Source: Prorocentrum cordatum
Lineage: Eukaryota
Direction of reading: 5' to 3'
Assembly: GCA_963575745.1 (NCBI GenBank)
Contig: CAUYUJ010000016.1
Span: forward strand, 62,001-119,594
DNA length: 57,594 nt
Part shown: piece after piece, positions 13,859 through 27,346 of the stretch
How the letters are laid out: every line of letters begins with the position of its first letter
Position numbering within the stretch: the stretch's first letter is position 1
Notes under the pieces: generated by a model
Database searches by the model: none
Seen by the model: only the letters and a program-made list of their open reading frames with translations
Told to the model about the DNA's origin: nothing
Position numbers and translations under genes: made by a program

Positions 13859-14017
13859 TTAGGTCGAGCAAGTCCCTTTACGGGCGGATTTTGGGCGAAA
13901 ACTTGAAAGTGCTCCGAAATAGTCAAAAAGGTAAAATAATAATTTTAAGAAATCGTCCCCAGACTATGTTTGACTATTTTGGAATATTTCCCTTGTAGAG
14001 GGACAGGCCCGACTTTA
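13859..14017 (+). mobile_element. MITE family A copy (hAT-like)
   Basis: TIRs; flanks ggttaggc/agttaggc. Confidence 0.8.
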
Positions 14018-14620
14018 AGTTAGGCCGCCCCTGATTCGATGGCCCTCGCCGAGAAACAAAACGCACACGTGTGAGCGGTGCCATGCCTCCTCCTCCGCGG
14101 CCGGTCCATGCTGTTCTGCCCGCTCGGGTGCGGGCAGTCTCAGGCGCGGCCCGTCGGCTGTGCAGTCGCGCTCCCGTCTGCGGGCGCTGCGAACAGAAAA
14201 AATACTCTGGTCCTCCTCCTCCTCTTGCTCCTGCTGCTTCGCTTCGTCTTCATCCTCATCTTCCTCCTCCGAATCATCCTCCTCCCTCCTACTTCTGCTG
14301 ATCGCTCCTTCCAATTTGTTTCCCTGTCCGCGCCGGTCACGAAAGGCCCGGTGCAAAACTGTGAGAAACGAGGGATGGCCGGAAGCAAACGTTTGTCCAC
14401 ACTAGGGGACGAGTCAGGAACAAATGGTATTTGCGAAAGGATGTGTTTCCAGCAAGAAACGAACGCGTCCTTCGCAAGCTTGTCGGTCTGCATCGCCACC
14501 CACAGCTTGCCAATGTACCTTGGCGTGTGCAGAGACTGCAAGGCGGCACTGAAACCATGCGTCACACCCTGCCAAACTTGGAAAAACCGGGATCCGTACA
14601 TCAAAAATCTCGAACACATA

Positions 14621-14796
14621 CAGTGGAGGTCAGTCCACACGAAACCTTCCACAAGAAACCCAACCCTGAGACCCCAGGACGTCCCTTGATTTCTGGTGTG
14701 GGAACGTCGCGCTCTTCATAGCACGACCATCTGTACCCAAGAAACCCAGGGCACCCTGGAGGCAAGCAGGGTGTTTCTTGGCATGGACCCCCACTG
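14621..14796 (+). mobile_element. MITE family C copy (Tc1/mariner-like, 176 bp)
   Basis: TA|cagtggag...ccccactg|TA; homologous to 32119-32294 and 52986-53162. Confidence 0.85.
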
Positions 14797-16301
14797 TAGT
14801 TCACCCTGCTGTCGTGGAGCAGGCTTCGAGACCTTGTGCCCCTTTCCCCCTTTTTCCTTCGCCATCCTTCCTGTCCTTCCTCCTCCTCGTGCCGAGAGAA
14901 GGCGCACAACATCGGCATCCAGGACCCCCAGACTCCCGGGCCGCACGACGCCCCGAGTGTCCAAGAGCAAACGCATTCCCAATCGAGACATCTGCCAGGA
15001 GCAAGACGAACTCAGGGCCCCCGAGACGGGAACACTGATAAACCAAGACATCGGCGCGTCCGAGAAAACTGCAGCTGTGGGTCGAGACAGGCTCCACGAT
15101 TCGTCCCCTCCAGTGAGCGACGATCAACAACGGGTCTGACGCGAGATGACGTGGCGAACTTACGCCGCAGCTTACGCGGCAGCCAGCGCGGCACGCCACA
15201 TTGAAAACGAGGGCGCTTACGCGCGACCGTGCGCGGGGAACGTACGCGCCAATGTCGGCGCAGTTGGAGCCGTTTTCTTTCGTCGCCCAGGTTGATTATT
15301 CAAAGCCCTTATTAGCAACATGCTGGCTTGGGCGGCCCTGAGCAGTGGAACGATGGACAGAGACGGGAGGAGGCGGAGAAGAATCCGCACCTCCGACGAC
15401 CCAATATCCTGGCCTGAATCGCCGGCTCCTGGAACCTCCTCCCGCTTCCGCGGGGCTGGATGTTCAACCTGGCTTGTTCTGCGAATGCCGCTAGGAAAAA
15501 AACACGACAGGCTTAAGCAAATTTCTTGGATCGGCGCCAGGCCCCCGTCCCTGGCGCGCGGAGTGCGCCAGGGGGCCAGGGGGGTGACAAGACCGATCCG
15601 ATTAATCCGCGAGAACCTCCATCACTATATATATATATATATGTCTAGGAAAACACATCGATATACACATATATGTATATATAGACATACGCAGGTATTT
15701 ATACACATATATCCACACCACATTTATAATAATACACGTATACATGCATATTCATACACACTTATCCATCCATTCATCCATCCATCCATCCACCCATCCA
15801 TACATACATACGTACATGCATTATATACACATAGATGCATTTTTCTCGTTCTGGTCCCCCCCCGTCCGACCCACCCGACCTGAGACGCTGCTGGCCTCGA
15901 ATGTGGCCAAGAACGACTGGGCGCTCTTCTCGTCGCACCCGGACCATCCTCCGTCCCTCCTCCTCCGAGCTCGGAGCTGATGGCAATAGCTGCCACGTCC
16001 CCCCCAGGCCCGCGGAGGGGGGGGGGTATCAAAGTAGAGGTGCTGCAGTAGAACATAAGCACGAAGGACAAGAGGACCCACAGGGGGCGTGGAAACTGGG
16101 TCCCTGGCGGCCCCTTGGGGGGAGAACGTCGAGACAGCGAAGATCACCCAGCGACTAGCTAACCTACGGTTCGAAGGAAGATCCCCCTTCTCCTCCTCCT
16201 CTCCTCCTCCTCCTCCTCCTCCTCCTCCTCCTCCTCTTCCTGCTGCTACTGCTGCTGCTGCTGCTCCTCCTCCTCCTCCTCATCCCCCTCCCCCCCCTTC
16301 T

Positions 16302-16401
16302 NNNNNNNNNNNNNNNNNNNNNNNNNNNNNNNNNNNNNNNNNNNNNNNNNNNNNNNNNNNNNNNNNNNNNNNNNNNNNNNNNNNNNNNNNNNNNNNNNNN
16401 N
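16302..16401. other. Assembly gap (100 N)
   Basis: N run. Confidence 1.
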
Positions 16402-16777
16402 GGAGGAACCTGACGTTGCCCCTTGGCTCTCGGGCCGCAGCTCGGCTCTCTGCCGCGGCCGTCCGGGACGCTCTCCGGACACCCCTGCAGCGCTCTCGGC
16501 GAGGCGCGGCTGCTGGCATACACCCCGAGGCTGGCCGACCTCGCCGCGAGCCGAAGACGCGACCGAGAACCTCAAACCTCGAAGCCGCTTCGCCCCGCCA
16601 CATAGCGCTGCCCCCGACGAGACCCCTTCCGGGGCCCAGCCCCGCCCAGCCTCCCGAGCCCGCGCGCGCCCAGCCGTGGCGACCAGCGCCACCAGCCGGA
16701 GCCGGCAGCACAAACGCCGCCGCCCGCTGGCGCCGCCGGCGCCGGCGCCGGCGCCGCCGCAGCCGCAGTCATCGTCG

Positions 16778-16836
<59 letters not shown>

Positions 16837-16882
16837 GTCGTAGGCGTCGTCGTCGTCGTAGGCGGTGGCGATCGCGTTGGTC

Positions 16883-16930
16883 CTTCCCGAGAAGGTCGTA
16901 CCGCTCGCGCAGCTTCGGGTCGCTGAGCAC
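16883..16930 (-). CDS. J-domain protein exon (VLSDPKLRERYDLLGK), end of the J domain
   Basis: 48 nt, cag| acceptor, probable AAG|GA donor; matches the VLSDP...YD..G consensus. Downstream exons not identified (gap at 16302). Confidence 0.88.
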
Positions 16931-18459
16931 CTGGCGCGCGGCACCGGGGCGGCCTCCACGCCCTGGCGCTGCCTCGGGCCGCTCGGGGGGCCTGCCGAGG
17001 CCCGGCGGCACTGCCCGGGGGGGGGGGGGGCTGTTCGCGCGCAGCCCGCAGCCTTACCGCATGGGACGGCAGAGAGGACAGATCCCGCTGAGGGCAAATG
17101 CGGATGGGGACACATCAGGGATCCCTGAGGGCTGACGGTCCCGCTGAGGGTCTCGTATCGGGCGCCGCGGCCGCTCTCGAACGCCCTTGCACAGGGCTGG
17201 CAGCGGCCCCACTCCTCCGATCCGAGGAGGCGGGCCGACAGCCCGACGCAGCGAGAGGAAGACGTTGGGAGCACTGGGGTGTCACCTGACAACGCAGTTC
17301 ACAACAGTGCCCAGGAGGAAGTGGCAAAAACTTCTGCTGCTCAAATCCTGGAGCTCTGAGTCACTCGAACTGTCCGAAAGGGGGCCACCAGGGTGTGAGT
17401 GCTGTCCCCGTCGAGTACGGGACAGGTTCTGCCTCCCTTTGGGGGTTACCTCACAAGGCTGAGCTAACTGCCTGCTGTCGGGCGTGCAGGCCTTACCACA
17501 CCGTGAGCAGAAGATTCGCATACACTTGCTACACTGCTGCAGACGACGGGTGTGGTGCAAGCTTTGGCCTCCAATCTTTTGGGGGGCCGCGGTAGGGAGC
17601 AACTTCCCTCGCCCCCCGCTCGGCACACCGCGACTCACACGGCTGGAAGGTCGACTCCTGATGCGAAGCCATACTACATTTCTTGCAAGCGGATCTGGGG
17701 GCAGCGCGGGCCCAGGAGTGACACAGGAGTCCCTGTGCGCCCGCGCGAGCCTCAGAAGAGCGGGCACGCCGTGGAGGAGGAGGAGGAGGAGGAGGAGGAG
17801 GAGGAGGAGGAGGAGGGGGAGGAGGAGGAGGAGGAGGAGGAGGAGGAGGAGGAGGAGGAGGAGGAGGAGGAGGCCAACCCCCGCGGTCCGAGGATCAGCC
17901 TGGCTGCTCCTCGCCAAGGCTGAGCCTAAAACGGTGCTTTTCGCTTTCGTTTTCCCTCGTGTTGTCTTCCATCCGCCTTTACCGGGAACGTAAGTCGAAA
18001 CGAGAACGGCCCACGAAGTCGCCCAAACACCGTTTCAAGGTCCACCCCTGCTTCTCGCCAGGAGCTCTCCGCGCCCTCCCATGCACTGGCGCCCGCTTGG
18101 CGTCTCTCTTTCATCTGTGGCAAGGATCGGGGCCACAACGTACCGAGACCACGCTATCTCGGCCACCTGGGAGGCGAGATTGTCAGCGCACTCGTTGCCA
18201 AACGCATCGCGCAGCTGGGCAGGGGAGGGGTTGGCAAGTCTGCGAACGTCTACCTGAGGCGGGGTCCAGACGAGTTTGACTTGGCCTGCGCCGCGGGAGG
18301 CGTGAATCGGGAGCGGATGTCAGCATTGCTACCAAGCCTCCGACGGGGTCCGCCAACTTGCTGACTTCTGCTCCAAGTCTCGAGAAGCGGCCACTTGTCA
18401 GTAACGTACCTCTGGTTCCCGACCGTGGTCTCGAGGACCTTGCAACGCAACCAGCATCT

Positions 18460-18594
18460 TTAGGTCGGGCATGTCCTCCTGCAGGCGGATTTTGGACGAG
18501 AAATAAGACACACTCAAAACATCCTCCCAAATGTTCAAACTATGTTTGTACTATTTTTGAATGTTCCTCCTGTAGAGGGACACGCCTGACTTAA
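18460..18594 (+). mobile_element. MITE family A copy
   Basis: ttaggtcgggcatgtcctcctgcagg ... cctgtagagggacacgcctgacttaa. Confidence 0.8.
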
Positions 18595-18599
18595 ACCAT

Positions 18600-18840
18600 T
18601 CTCCGCTGTTTGCACAATTTGTCTGCGCCCCTGCAAGGTCGTTCCCAGACCCGCCGCGTGGCGCCACACCCGTGAGGAAGGATACCTACAACTGCCGGCA
18701 CTAGCCGTGCGACGCCGAACGTAGTCCGAAAACCTCCAACCTGACCCGTCCCCGAAGATCGTGACAAACTGCTGGGCGTCGCGGGGGAGGTCCGAAGAGG
18801 GATCCGAAATCAACAATTCAAATGAGGGGCTCTCGGGCAA
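18600..18840 (-). mobile_element. Possible retroelement RNase H N-terminal relic
   Basis: FVTIFGDGSG resembles the first RNase H catalytic motif. Confidence 0.35.
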
Positions 18841-19422
18841 AGCTGGGAGTGGTTTCGCTCACAGCGGGAAGGCCTCGAAGCCAGTAACTGGGGGAAGATT
18901 CCTGCTGGGCTACGGCGTGAGCCAGAAGATGCTGGGAAGACTCAAAGTCATTGTGACTCCTATTATCAGTACATTCCCACACTTGATGGCAGAGTGACTC
19001 GCTCATGAAATTGACTCGCGGGCAAAGCTTGTCAACGTCGTAGCCTGCTGCCCTTATTCTCTCTCTCTCTCTCGAGGCCACTGCGCCCCAATGACGACGA
19101 CGACTTTGAGCGCCCACTGTCGCCGTCCCCGTCCACTCCGTGCTCCTCAAATTCTCTCTTGACGAGCAACAGAAGAGAGGAGGTCAGAGGAGGCCAGGAT
19201 GGGAAAAGCGGAGTGTGGCTTTCAGAAGGGAGCACTCCTCGTGTACGCCACTGTGAGGAGCGCCGTGCCAGTGGGCCAGCGACAAGCCACACCCCGAAAG
19301 AGGGGACGGGCATACGAGGCGAGACGGAAGAGGAGGAACATGCTCAGGGAGGAGAGGACATATTCGGCATCGAGCCCAGGCCGGGCCGCCCCGCCCCCGC
19401 CCTCCTGGGGGAGCGCGCCCGC

Positions 19423-19494
19423 CTGGTAAGCCGTCGAGAGCTGCTGGAAGCGCTGGGCCGCGGCAGGGTCGTCCGGGTTTTTGTCGGGGTGCAC
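19423..19494 (-). CDS. J-domain protein exon with the HPD motif (VHPDKNPDDPAAAQRFQQLSTAYQ)
   Basis: 72 nt, cag| acceptor, CAG|GC donor, in frame with both neighbouring exons. Confidence 0.92.
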
Positions 19495-20694
19495 CTGGCC
19501 AGGATCGTCCTCATCGTGCTCCGCGTCGTCGTCCTCCTCCTCATTTAATGACGCACTGACTCTGATCACGTGATTGTTGCATCTATGCGGCGAAGAACGT
19601 GCAACAACCGACTGGAGTGATGTAGCCTCCTGCACCTCCTCCTGGTCCTCCTCCTTTACTCGGCCTCGTCCTCCCTAGTTCTTGCTCTCCTTCTCTCTTT
19701 CGTGCTCCCGCCGGCGCCGTCGAGCGCGTGCTGTTTTTTGCCCTCGAAGGCTCAAGCACCCACCCAGCTCTGCGACTCTTGGAAAAACGAAAAAGTACGT
19801 TTTATTTGTCGGCGTCCGGAGGCACCAGGATGAGAAGGCAGCTCGGGGGAATGGGCCAGCAGCTCTGGGGGTCTTCGCTGCGGAGAGATGGCGTTGCGTC
19901 GGGGGTCTGGGACCGAGGATCGAGGAGCTTGGGTCCATCTCAAGAACCAGGATTGAAATCTCATTTTCTTTTGGGGAGGGGTTCTTCAAGACCGAGGTCA
20001 GCGGAACTCCTTCTTGATGGCCATAAAAGCTGAAACATCCCAAGCCGTGATCTTCCGTGGATCTTCCTCCTCCTGGCCAAGGTCGCCCTCGTTCTCCTTA
20101 TCCTCTTTCCTACTCCTCCTCCTCCTCCTCCTCCTCATTCTCCCTCCTCCCTCCTCCTGCTCCTCCTCCTCCTCTTCCTCTCCCACCAACCTGCCAGTTT
20201 TCCTATTCTTGTGTTGCTCATCTCAGCGCACTGGCATCGTAATGATAAGCCCCCGTCCATCCCTCTCCCGCCTCCTGCTCGCGCCTCCCTACCTCCTCCG
20301 CATACCCCCTCCCCCTTTCCCTCCTCCTCCTCCTCCTCACCCCTCCTCCTCCTCCCCCATCCATCCTCCTCCTTCCATCCTTCCACCTCCTGCCTCCTCC
20401 TCCTCCTCCTCCTCCTCCTCCTCCTCCTCCTCCCTTCAGGTGTAATATACACTAATGACCGAACCCGCGCAAACGCCTCGGATCAACAACCGGAGGACAC
20501 TGCATCGTGCGAGCTCGTCAAACACTCGCTGAACTGCCAACACTTGCCAACACAGTTCCACTGGTGCGGTGGCCTCGCATTTTTCTGAACATGGGGGGAT
20601 CAACACGCTGGACCCCCTCGGGATCAGTGCGAGGCCATTTCTCCATTCAATTCGCTGCAAGGGTGGTGACATCTGGCCATCTCCAAAATGAAGT

Positions 20695-20980
20695 TCAAGG
20701 TCTCCGCTTCAGCGCCCGAGCACCTTGGGTGCAACAGGCATCCCCCTTCGCAGCTGCATCTGTTGCGTTATCACCGATGGTATGCAGACGCTCGGTCATA
20801 GACAGAGGTAAGTCATCCTCCTTGTGGGCCCAACCTTGTGGAAACACCAAGCTTGTGGAAACACCAAGAAGACGACCCTGAGAACAAGACATGGTCTGCA
20901 TGACGAGGCCACTGTAGGGCCTGTGAGGGTGCAGGCTATCCCGCGGAGACTTCGACAACTTGTTGAGCACAAACTGGCAG
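20695..20980 (-). mobile_element. Possible retroelement RNase H C-terminal relic
   Basis: WAHK...IGDNATDAAAKG resembles the RNase H H...GN..AD..AK motif. Confidence 0.4.
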
Positions 20981-21448
20981 TCCGACGAGGAGAAGGAAGA
21001 GGAGGAGGAGGAGGAGGAGGAGGAGGAGGAGGATCGTACGTGGAGGGGACGGGCGAAGAGGATGATGGACAGAGAGTGGCTAAGTGGAGCGGAGCAGAGC
21101 AAGTATAACCAACTCGAGATCCTGGCGAACCCGAACATCGCGGGCGACAGGCATCTGCCGCCAGCCCAGGCCGCCCATGGGGGGCTCGGACCAGCTAGCT
21201 CAAAACGGCGTTCCTGTGCGCGGGGTGCCTACCCAAACATCCGATGTCTGGATTATTTTCGTATACGGGGTCCCGACCCTTTCCCAAAGGACGGATTTCC
21301 ATCCAGGGTCTGTTGACGGTCCTGGCCCAACGAAGGCACCTGGAGGCCGGAAAACAGCATGCAAAAACATTTCGTCGTGTCTTTGTTCGCGACGCGAGCA
21401 TGTCTGGGTACCTTCTTACAGACGCCCCAAACGCCCAGGAGGAGGGAC

Positions 21449-21529
21449 CTTCACGGCCATCTTGTAGTACGCCCGCTTGATCTCCATTCCGGAGGCGTTC
21501 GGGGACACCTCGAGCACGTCGTAGTACTC
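21449..21529 (-). CDS. J-domain protein exon (EYYDVLEVSPNASGMEIKRAYYKMAVK), J-domain helices I-II
   Basis: 81 nt, cag| acceptor, AAG|GT donor; typical J-domain N-terminal motif. Confidence 0.9.
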
Positions 21530-21603
21530 CTGGGGTGGGTGGGGGAAGCAGCCGACGAAGGAGGAGGAGGAGGAGGAGAAGGGAAGGAGGAGGGAGGAAG
21601 GAG

Positions 21604-21955
21604 GGATGATGATATTGATGATGATGCTGAGCCTGTTGATGATACTGATGCTGATGCTGATGCTGCTGACGACGATGACGATGACGATGACGATGATGAT
21701 GACGACGATGATGATGCTGATGATGAAGATGTTGATGATGCTGATGATGATGATGCTGACGATGAAGATGAAAATGACGATGATGATGATGCCGATGCCG
21801 ATGCCGATGACGATGATGATGATGACGATGATGATGACGATGACGATGAATATTAATATGAAGATGAAGATGAAGATGAAGATGATGATGATGCTGATGA
21901 TGATGATGCTGATGCTGATGACGATGACGATGACGATGATGATGATGATGATGCT

Positions 21956-22007
<52 letters not shown>

Positions 22008-22092
22008 CTGACGCTGATGGTGGTGGTGGAAATGGGGAGGAGGGTGCGGAGGTGGTGGAGACATTAGATGCGGATGATGAGGAGGATGATGA
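21604..22092. repeat. Degenerate (GAT)n tract
   Basis: Same composition as 4020-5210; lies inside a J-protein intron. Confidence 0.9.
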
Positions 22093-22956
22093 GTGGGGAG
22101 CAAGCTGGTGTGTGCTGGTGGGCCGTTGGGGCAGGCCGTGTCGGCACGGCATGTGGGACCACCAGCAGGCCCGGGGCGGGTGGAGGCCGCTCGGCGTGCA
22201 AGCAGTGCGGGCAAGGGCTTCCCGCGGCGCAGGCGCCCACGACAGCCGCGCGCGCCAATCCCACGAGCCAGCCCCTGGCTGCCAGCTCCTGGACGCAGCC
22301 ACGTCCATGAGGCCCTCCTCTCGCTGGAGGGCGCCCCCTCTGCGAGGGGGCCCTCTCTCTGGGACGCCTGGGCCCCCTCTGCGAGGGGGCGGCGGCCGCG
22401 AGGAGCACAGGTGTCGATCTCGAGGGGGATTGGCCGCGGAGGCCCTTCTCACTCGAATGATATTTTTCCTTGTGGGAGTCCTCCTTCTCCTCCTCCTCTT
22501 CCTCCTTCTCCTCCTCCTCCTCCTCATCCTTGTCCTCCTCCTCCTCCTCCTCCTTCTCCTCCTCTTCCTCCTCCTCCTCCTCCTCATCATCATCATCTTC
22601 TTCTTCTTCTTTCTCCTCCTCCTCCTCCCCCTCCTCTTCCTCTTCCCTTCCTCCTCCTCCCCCTCCTCCTCTCCTCCTCCCTCCTCCTCCCCTCTACTGG
22701 TCCTCCTCTTACTGTCCTCCTCCTCCTCCTCCGCTCCTCCTCTCCTCTCCTCTCTCCTCCTCCTCTTCTCCTCCTCCTCCTCCTCCTTCTCCTCCCCCTC
22801 TTTCTTCCAGTAGGGGGACCTCGCCGAGGGCCCCTGGCGGAGCCCCCCCCTCGCTCGCCCTCGCAGAGAGGGTCCTCGCCCGGAGGCGCCGCGGGCACGA
22901 CAACGACGACGACGACGAACCTCGCAGCGGGCCCCCCCCGCGGGGAGAGCGCGCTC

Positions 22957-23001
22957 CTTGTCCGTGACGCGGACGGGGCGGCCGTCCGCGTCGAGGCGCG
23001 G
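22957..23001 (-). CDS. J-domain protein exon preceding the J domain (PRLDADGRPVRVTDK)
   Basis: 45 nt, gag| acceptor, AAG|GA donor; the join gives VTDK|EYYDVL, like the VxDxxYYDxL lead-in of J domains. Confidence 0.7.
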
Positions 23002-23877
23002 CTCGCCTCGTCGGGGGGCCCGGTCGTCGTCCTCTCCCCCTCCCAGGCAGCACGGTGGGAGCACAGCACGTGTGCTAGACTCCTTTTTGTTGGGGGGGGG
23101 CTCGCTCGTCGTCCTCCTCCGCCTCGCCTCCTCCTCTCGCCTCCGCCCCCCCCCCCCCTCCTCCTCCTCCTCAACCTCCCCTCTGGCCTCCTCCTCCTCC
23201 TCCTCCTCCTTCTCATTTTTTCTTCCCCCAAGCGCAGGACACCTTGGTGCTGGCCGGTTTGACACAGATGCTACATATGAAATCTGAAGCTCCTTCAAGA
23301 GCGATCGCCCCAACTGAAGAGGACGGTATTGGTCCATCAATGTGCCGCCCGGCCATGCACAATGGATGCGAGCTCCACCCCGCAAACGTGCAAGTATGCA
23401 CTTCGACGTGCCATACCGCCGCAGAACAAGATGCTTGCCGTGTGCACCCATCGCTGTGGACCGAGATGTTTGTGCATTGAACACTAAGACTCCCAACGGG
23501 TGGTTGAAATCTCTGGCATCAAGACTTCCGCTCATCGTCAGACAACACAATCAGCTGGCGATTAACATCGGCGCAATTATCAACGGCTGCATCACCTTCC
23601 GATAGACTTTGGTACCATAGTCTGACGGCCTCTCTTCCATTGCAGCCACTTTCAATGCAATGACCTGGCAACCAACTCCCAGTGCAAACAATTCATGACG
23701 ATGATCTTTGGTGGAATGTCTTCACTTGCCCATACCTTCCAAACAAACTTGATTGAATGACCTGGTCACTGGCCGCTACCATCGCTGCAACCATCCTCGG
23801 TGCAATCAATTTCCGGTCCGTTGGCGGCGTGATCACGTGACGACTACTTTCCGCGCAGTGTAGTCCAGTCCCAAGGG

Positions 23878-24036
23878 TTAGGTCGGGCATGTCCCCCTAC
23901 AGGCGGATTTCGGACGAAAAATAAAACATAGCCAAACATTATTCCAGAATAGTCAGAAATACTCGAAACATCGTCGCCTGACTATTTTTTGACAATTGTT
24001 TGAATATTCCTCCTGCAGAGGGCCACGCCCGACTTA
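23878..24036 (+). mobile_element. MITE family A copy (hAT-like)
   Basis: TIRs; flanks cccaaggg/ctcaaggg. Confidence 0.85.
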
Positions 24037-25218
24037 CTCAAGGGCAGTCAATCAACCTTACTCGATGCATTTGCCTTCCCAAACCTCCGACGCCATGTGA
24101 TTCTCAACACGCCTCCCCTGGAACCGTCGTCTCCTTCCAGGGGACCGCATGTTCATCCTGACTAATTCGTTGAGGGCCCCCGGGCCCAGAAATTGCCCCC
24201 AGAGGCCGAACATGTGGACAAACCGCCCGCCTTGACTTTTTATCACGTTGGAGGTCTGTGCCGTAATCCTGCAATCGCCGCGCAATGCGATCACCTGGCG
24301 CACCACACCTTTACCATTAACATTTTCCTCAGCAGAGAGGGCTGCAACCCAGGTCCGGCCGCCGCAAGAGACTTGTGACGCCCACACGGGCATCCTGTGA
24401 TTGTCCTGCGCCATAGTTACAGCTCCCGGCCTCACGGAGATGCACGGGCTCCTCCTCGTGCATCAGCAGCCTGGGAGACCGCAGACAGAGGATGCGCCAG
24501 AAAGTCAGGAGATGCCGAGGCCAGCGCTTGTGCTGGTACGCGGCTCCCTTCCAGCAGCAGGCTGGGGCAAAATGGCAAAAATGGGTGGCAAGAAGCGCCG
24601 CCACTTGCTCGTGGCACCAACGAGGGCCAGGCTGGCGCGTGCGCGTGAACCGAGGCACGACTGTACGTCTCAAAACTCGCAAGCGCTCGACACGGCGTCG
24701 GTGGGAGGCTCCCTCGTCGAGCCGGCCTAGCACTGCGGTGCCTGGCGGAGGCAGCGCTCATGTGGCGAGGGCGGCGGGCGACAGAGAGCACCCGATCACA
24801 AGCACTCGCTGCTCACCTGTCCGCTTAGCGTGTCCAGAAGAGCAACAGTCGGCGTCAACATGAGCTTTCGGAGGTCCGTGCGGACCTCCGAAAGCTGATG
24901 TCTATTCAGGTTGTTGTTCCTCGAGCGTTGCCCGTCACTACCGCCGATGAGGCGGCGGCGACTCAGGCAGGTCGCCTCGAGGGAAGCTCCCGAGGCGCGG
25001 CTCGGCTGACGCTCGTTTGGGGCGTGTGGTACAGCTTCGGATCAAGCACAGACGGCCCCCCCAGGCAGTCCTGGCCAGCTCCAATCGGGAGCGGCCAAGA
25101 GGGGGGTGTCCAAGGGGGGGGGCGCAAATCATGACCGGCGGCATGTGCGCGGCCCAGCGGGGGCGCCAGGGACGCAACGAAACAAGAGGAGGCGCCATGA
25201 ACTCTGGGGAAACATCCT

Positions 25219-25580
25219 GGCCCCCGCCATGAGATCCCCCCCCCCCTTAAGTCATCCCCCCCCCCTCGTGGCCGCCCCCGAACCAGCAGGCCCCGTGACA
25301 GAGTCCGGGGCCCCCGCCATGATATTCCACCCCCCCTTAAGTCATCCCCCCCCCCTCGTGGCCGCCCCCGAACCAGCAGGCCCCGTGACAGAGTCCGGGG
25401 CCCCCGCCATGATATTCCACCCCCCCTTAAGTCATCCCCCCCCCCTCGTGGCCGCCCTCCGAACCGAGGCCCCATGAGATAATGTCGGGGCCCCCCGCCT
25501 TGATTTTTCCCCCCCTATAGTCATCCCCCCCCCCTCGTGGCCGCCCCCGAACCAGCAGGCCCCACGAGAAAGAGTCCGGG
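25219..25580. repeat. Minisatellite, ~90-bp unit, ~4 copies
   Basis: gcccccgccatgatattccacccccccttaagtcatccccc...ctcgtggccgcccccgaaccagcaggcccc repeated. Confidence 0.9.
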
Positions 25581-26502
25581 GCGATCTCGGCACCCCGGGA
25601 GCGCCGCCTCTGGCGCCTCCCCTGGGGCGCTCCGCGCCCCACGGCTGGGGTGCTCCGCGGCCGCCCCCGGGCTGCGGGGGAGGAGGCCGCCCCGTCGAGG
25701 CCACGGCAGCCCAGCCCGCCGGGGCCGCCCAGGCCCAGCTCCGCTCGAGATTGGCCACCTGAGGTGAGAGAGGAGCCCCGGGCTCGCTGGGGGCTCCGCT
25801 CGAGATGGGCCCCCGAGGCGAGAGAGGAGCCCCGGGCTCGCTGGGGGCTGGTTTCCCCCCCATAGCGACGAGAGCCCTTCCCCCCAAACCCCCGCGAAAG
25901 CCTCCGCAAGGCCTCCCGGGAACCCTTCCCGGAGGGTTTCCGGGGTGTTTCGGGAGGGCTTCGGCCGTTTTGAAAGGAAACCTGTCCCCAGGGAACCCTG
26001 GACTTTCCAACCTCAGGTCGGGCAGCGGTGCCATGCGAACCCTCCTACTGGAGCCTTCGGTGGAGCTCCCTGTGGGGCCACGAAGCGCGCGAGGGGTGTG
26101 CCGAACTGGGTGCAGTGGTGCCATGCGAACCCTCCCACTGTGACAGGCCTAGAGGTTGATGACACCAACACCAATTTCGGCGGCGTGCCTCCACTGAGGG
26201 AAGAGGATCCCGATCTCGGTGATGGTGGTCACATTATGGCTGCCAAGGTGACCAACGTATTACCACCAACACCGAAATCTAGGATCATTCTCACCCTGTG
26301 GAGGCACCCCCCTTGTGTTGGTGTTGGTGCCCATTTCTAGGCCTCCAACACTGGAGCCTTCGAGGCGGCTGCATGGAGCCGTGCGGGGGGCCCGAGGCAA
26401 GGAAGTCCACCGCCGAGAAGGGCCACGCAGTGCTGCCTCGGCGGGCCGGCCTGGTCCTCAGAGATCGGGGGCCCGCCGGGACTGCCCGTCGAAATCTGTG
26501 GT

Positions 26503-26663
26503 CAGGTCGGACATGTCCCCCTACAGGCGGATTTTGGAAGAACAATGGGAAACACTCAACAATATGCGCCCAAATAATCAAAAGAACAGTCGACAAATCG
26601 TCCCCAGACTATTTTTTTGACTATCTTTGAATCTGTCTCCTGTAGCGGGGCATGCCCGACTTA
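26503..26663 (+). mobile_element. MITE family A copy
   Basis: aggtcggacatgtcccctacagg-like start ... cctgtagcggggcatgcccgactta. Confidence 0.8.
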
Positions 26664-26669
26664 CACCTA

Positions 26670-26816
26670 CTGCAGGTCCGTGCCGTGTCGACCCTGGCGT
26701 TGGTTCCTGACACCGCACTGGATCGTTCAACCTTGAACGATCGGCCGTCACCGCAACGTCCGATCGTGAATGTCGGCGGCGGGGTCGCCGCCGGTCGACA
26801 CGACGCGAACCTACCG
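26670..26816. mobile_element. MITE family E copy, TA-flanked
   Basis: TA|ctgcaggtccgtgccgtgtcgacc ... ggtcgacacgacgcgaacctaccg|TA; related copies at ~1652-1777 and 29788-~29950. Confidence 0.7.
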
Positions 26817-27346
26817 TATGGTAAGCACGGGCGGTAGGGACGCAATGGGGCCTCGGAAGCCGAAGGCGGCACTTTGTTTGGGGGGCGGCGGACGGCCAAC
26901 GCCCTGAAGGGCTGGCCCGTGAGAGAGCCGCGGTGGACGGGCCGCAGAGGCAGGGGCGCAAAGGGTGCCCCTGGGACATCTGCGCGTCCTCACTGGGAGG
27001 AGGAGGAGGAGTCCAGGAGGAGGGGAAGGAGGAGGAGGAGGAGGAGGAGGAGGAGGAGGAGGAGGAGGAGGTGGAGGAGGAGGAGGGGGAGGAGGGGGAG
27101 GAGGAGGAGGAGGAGGAGGAGGAGGCGGGGCGAGGAGGAGGAGGAAGGAGGGGAGAGGAGGAGGAGGAGGAGGGAGGAGGGGAGGAGGAGGAGGAGGGGG
27201 AGGAGGGGGAGGGGAGTGAGAAGGAGGAGGAGGTGGAGGAGGAGGAGGCAGGAGGAGGAGAGGAAGGAGGAGGAGGAGGAGGAGGAGGGAGGGGGAGGAG
27301 GAGGAGGGAGGAGGAGGAGGGGGAGGGACATCTGCGCGTCCTCACC

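Noticed and set aside
5385..15980. Scattered exon-like patches (~5390-5470, 6230-6320, 7805-7875, 13170-13240, 15885-15950)
   Set aside because: Coding-like, but strand and frame are ambiguous and no family is recognisable; they could not be tied to the J-protein C-terminus.
23240..23870. Copia-like integrase relic (FICSIC); similar hint at 32760-33010
   Set aside because: Isolated short motifs with no continuous frame.
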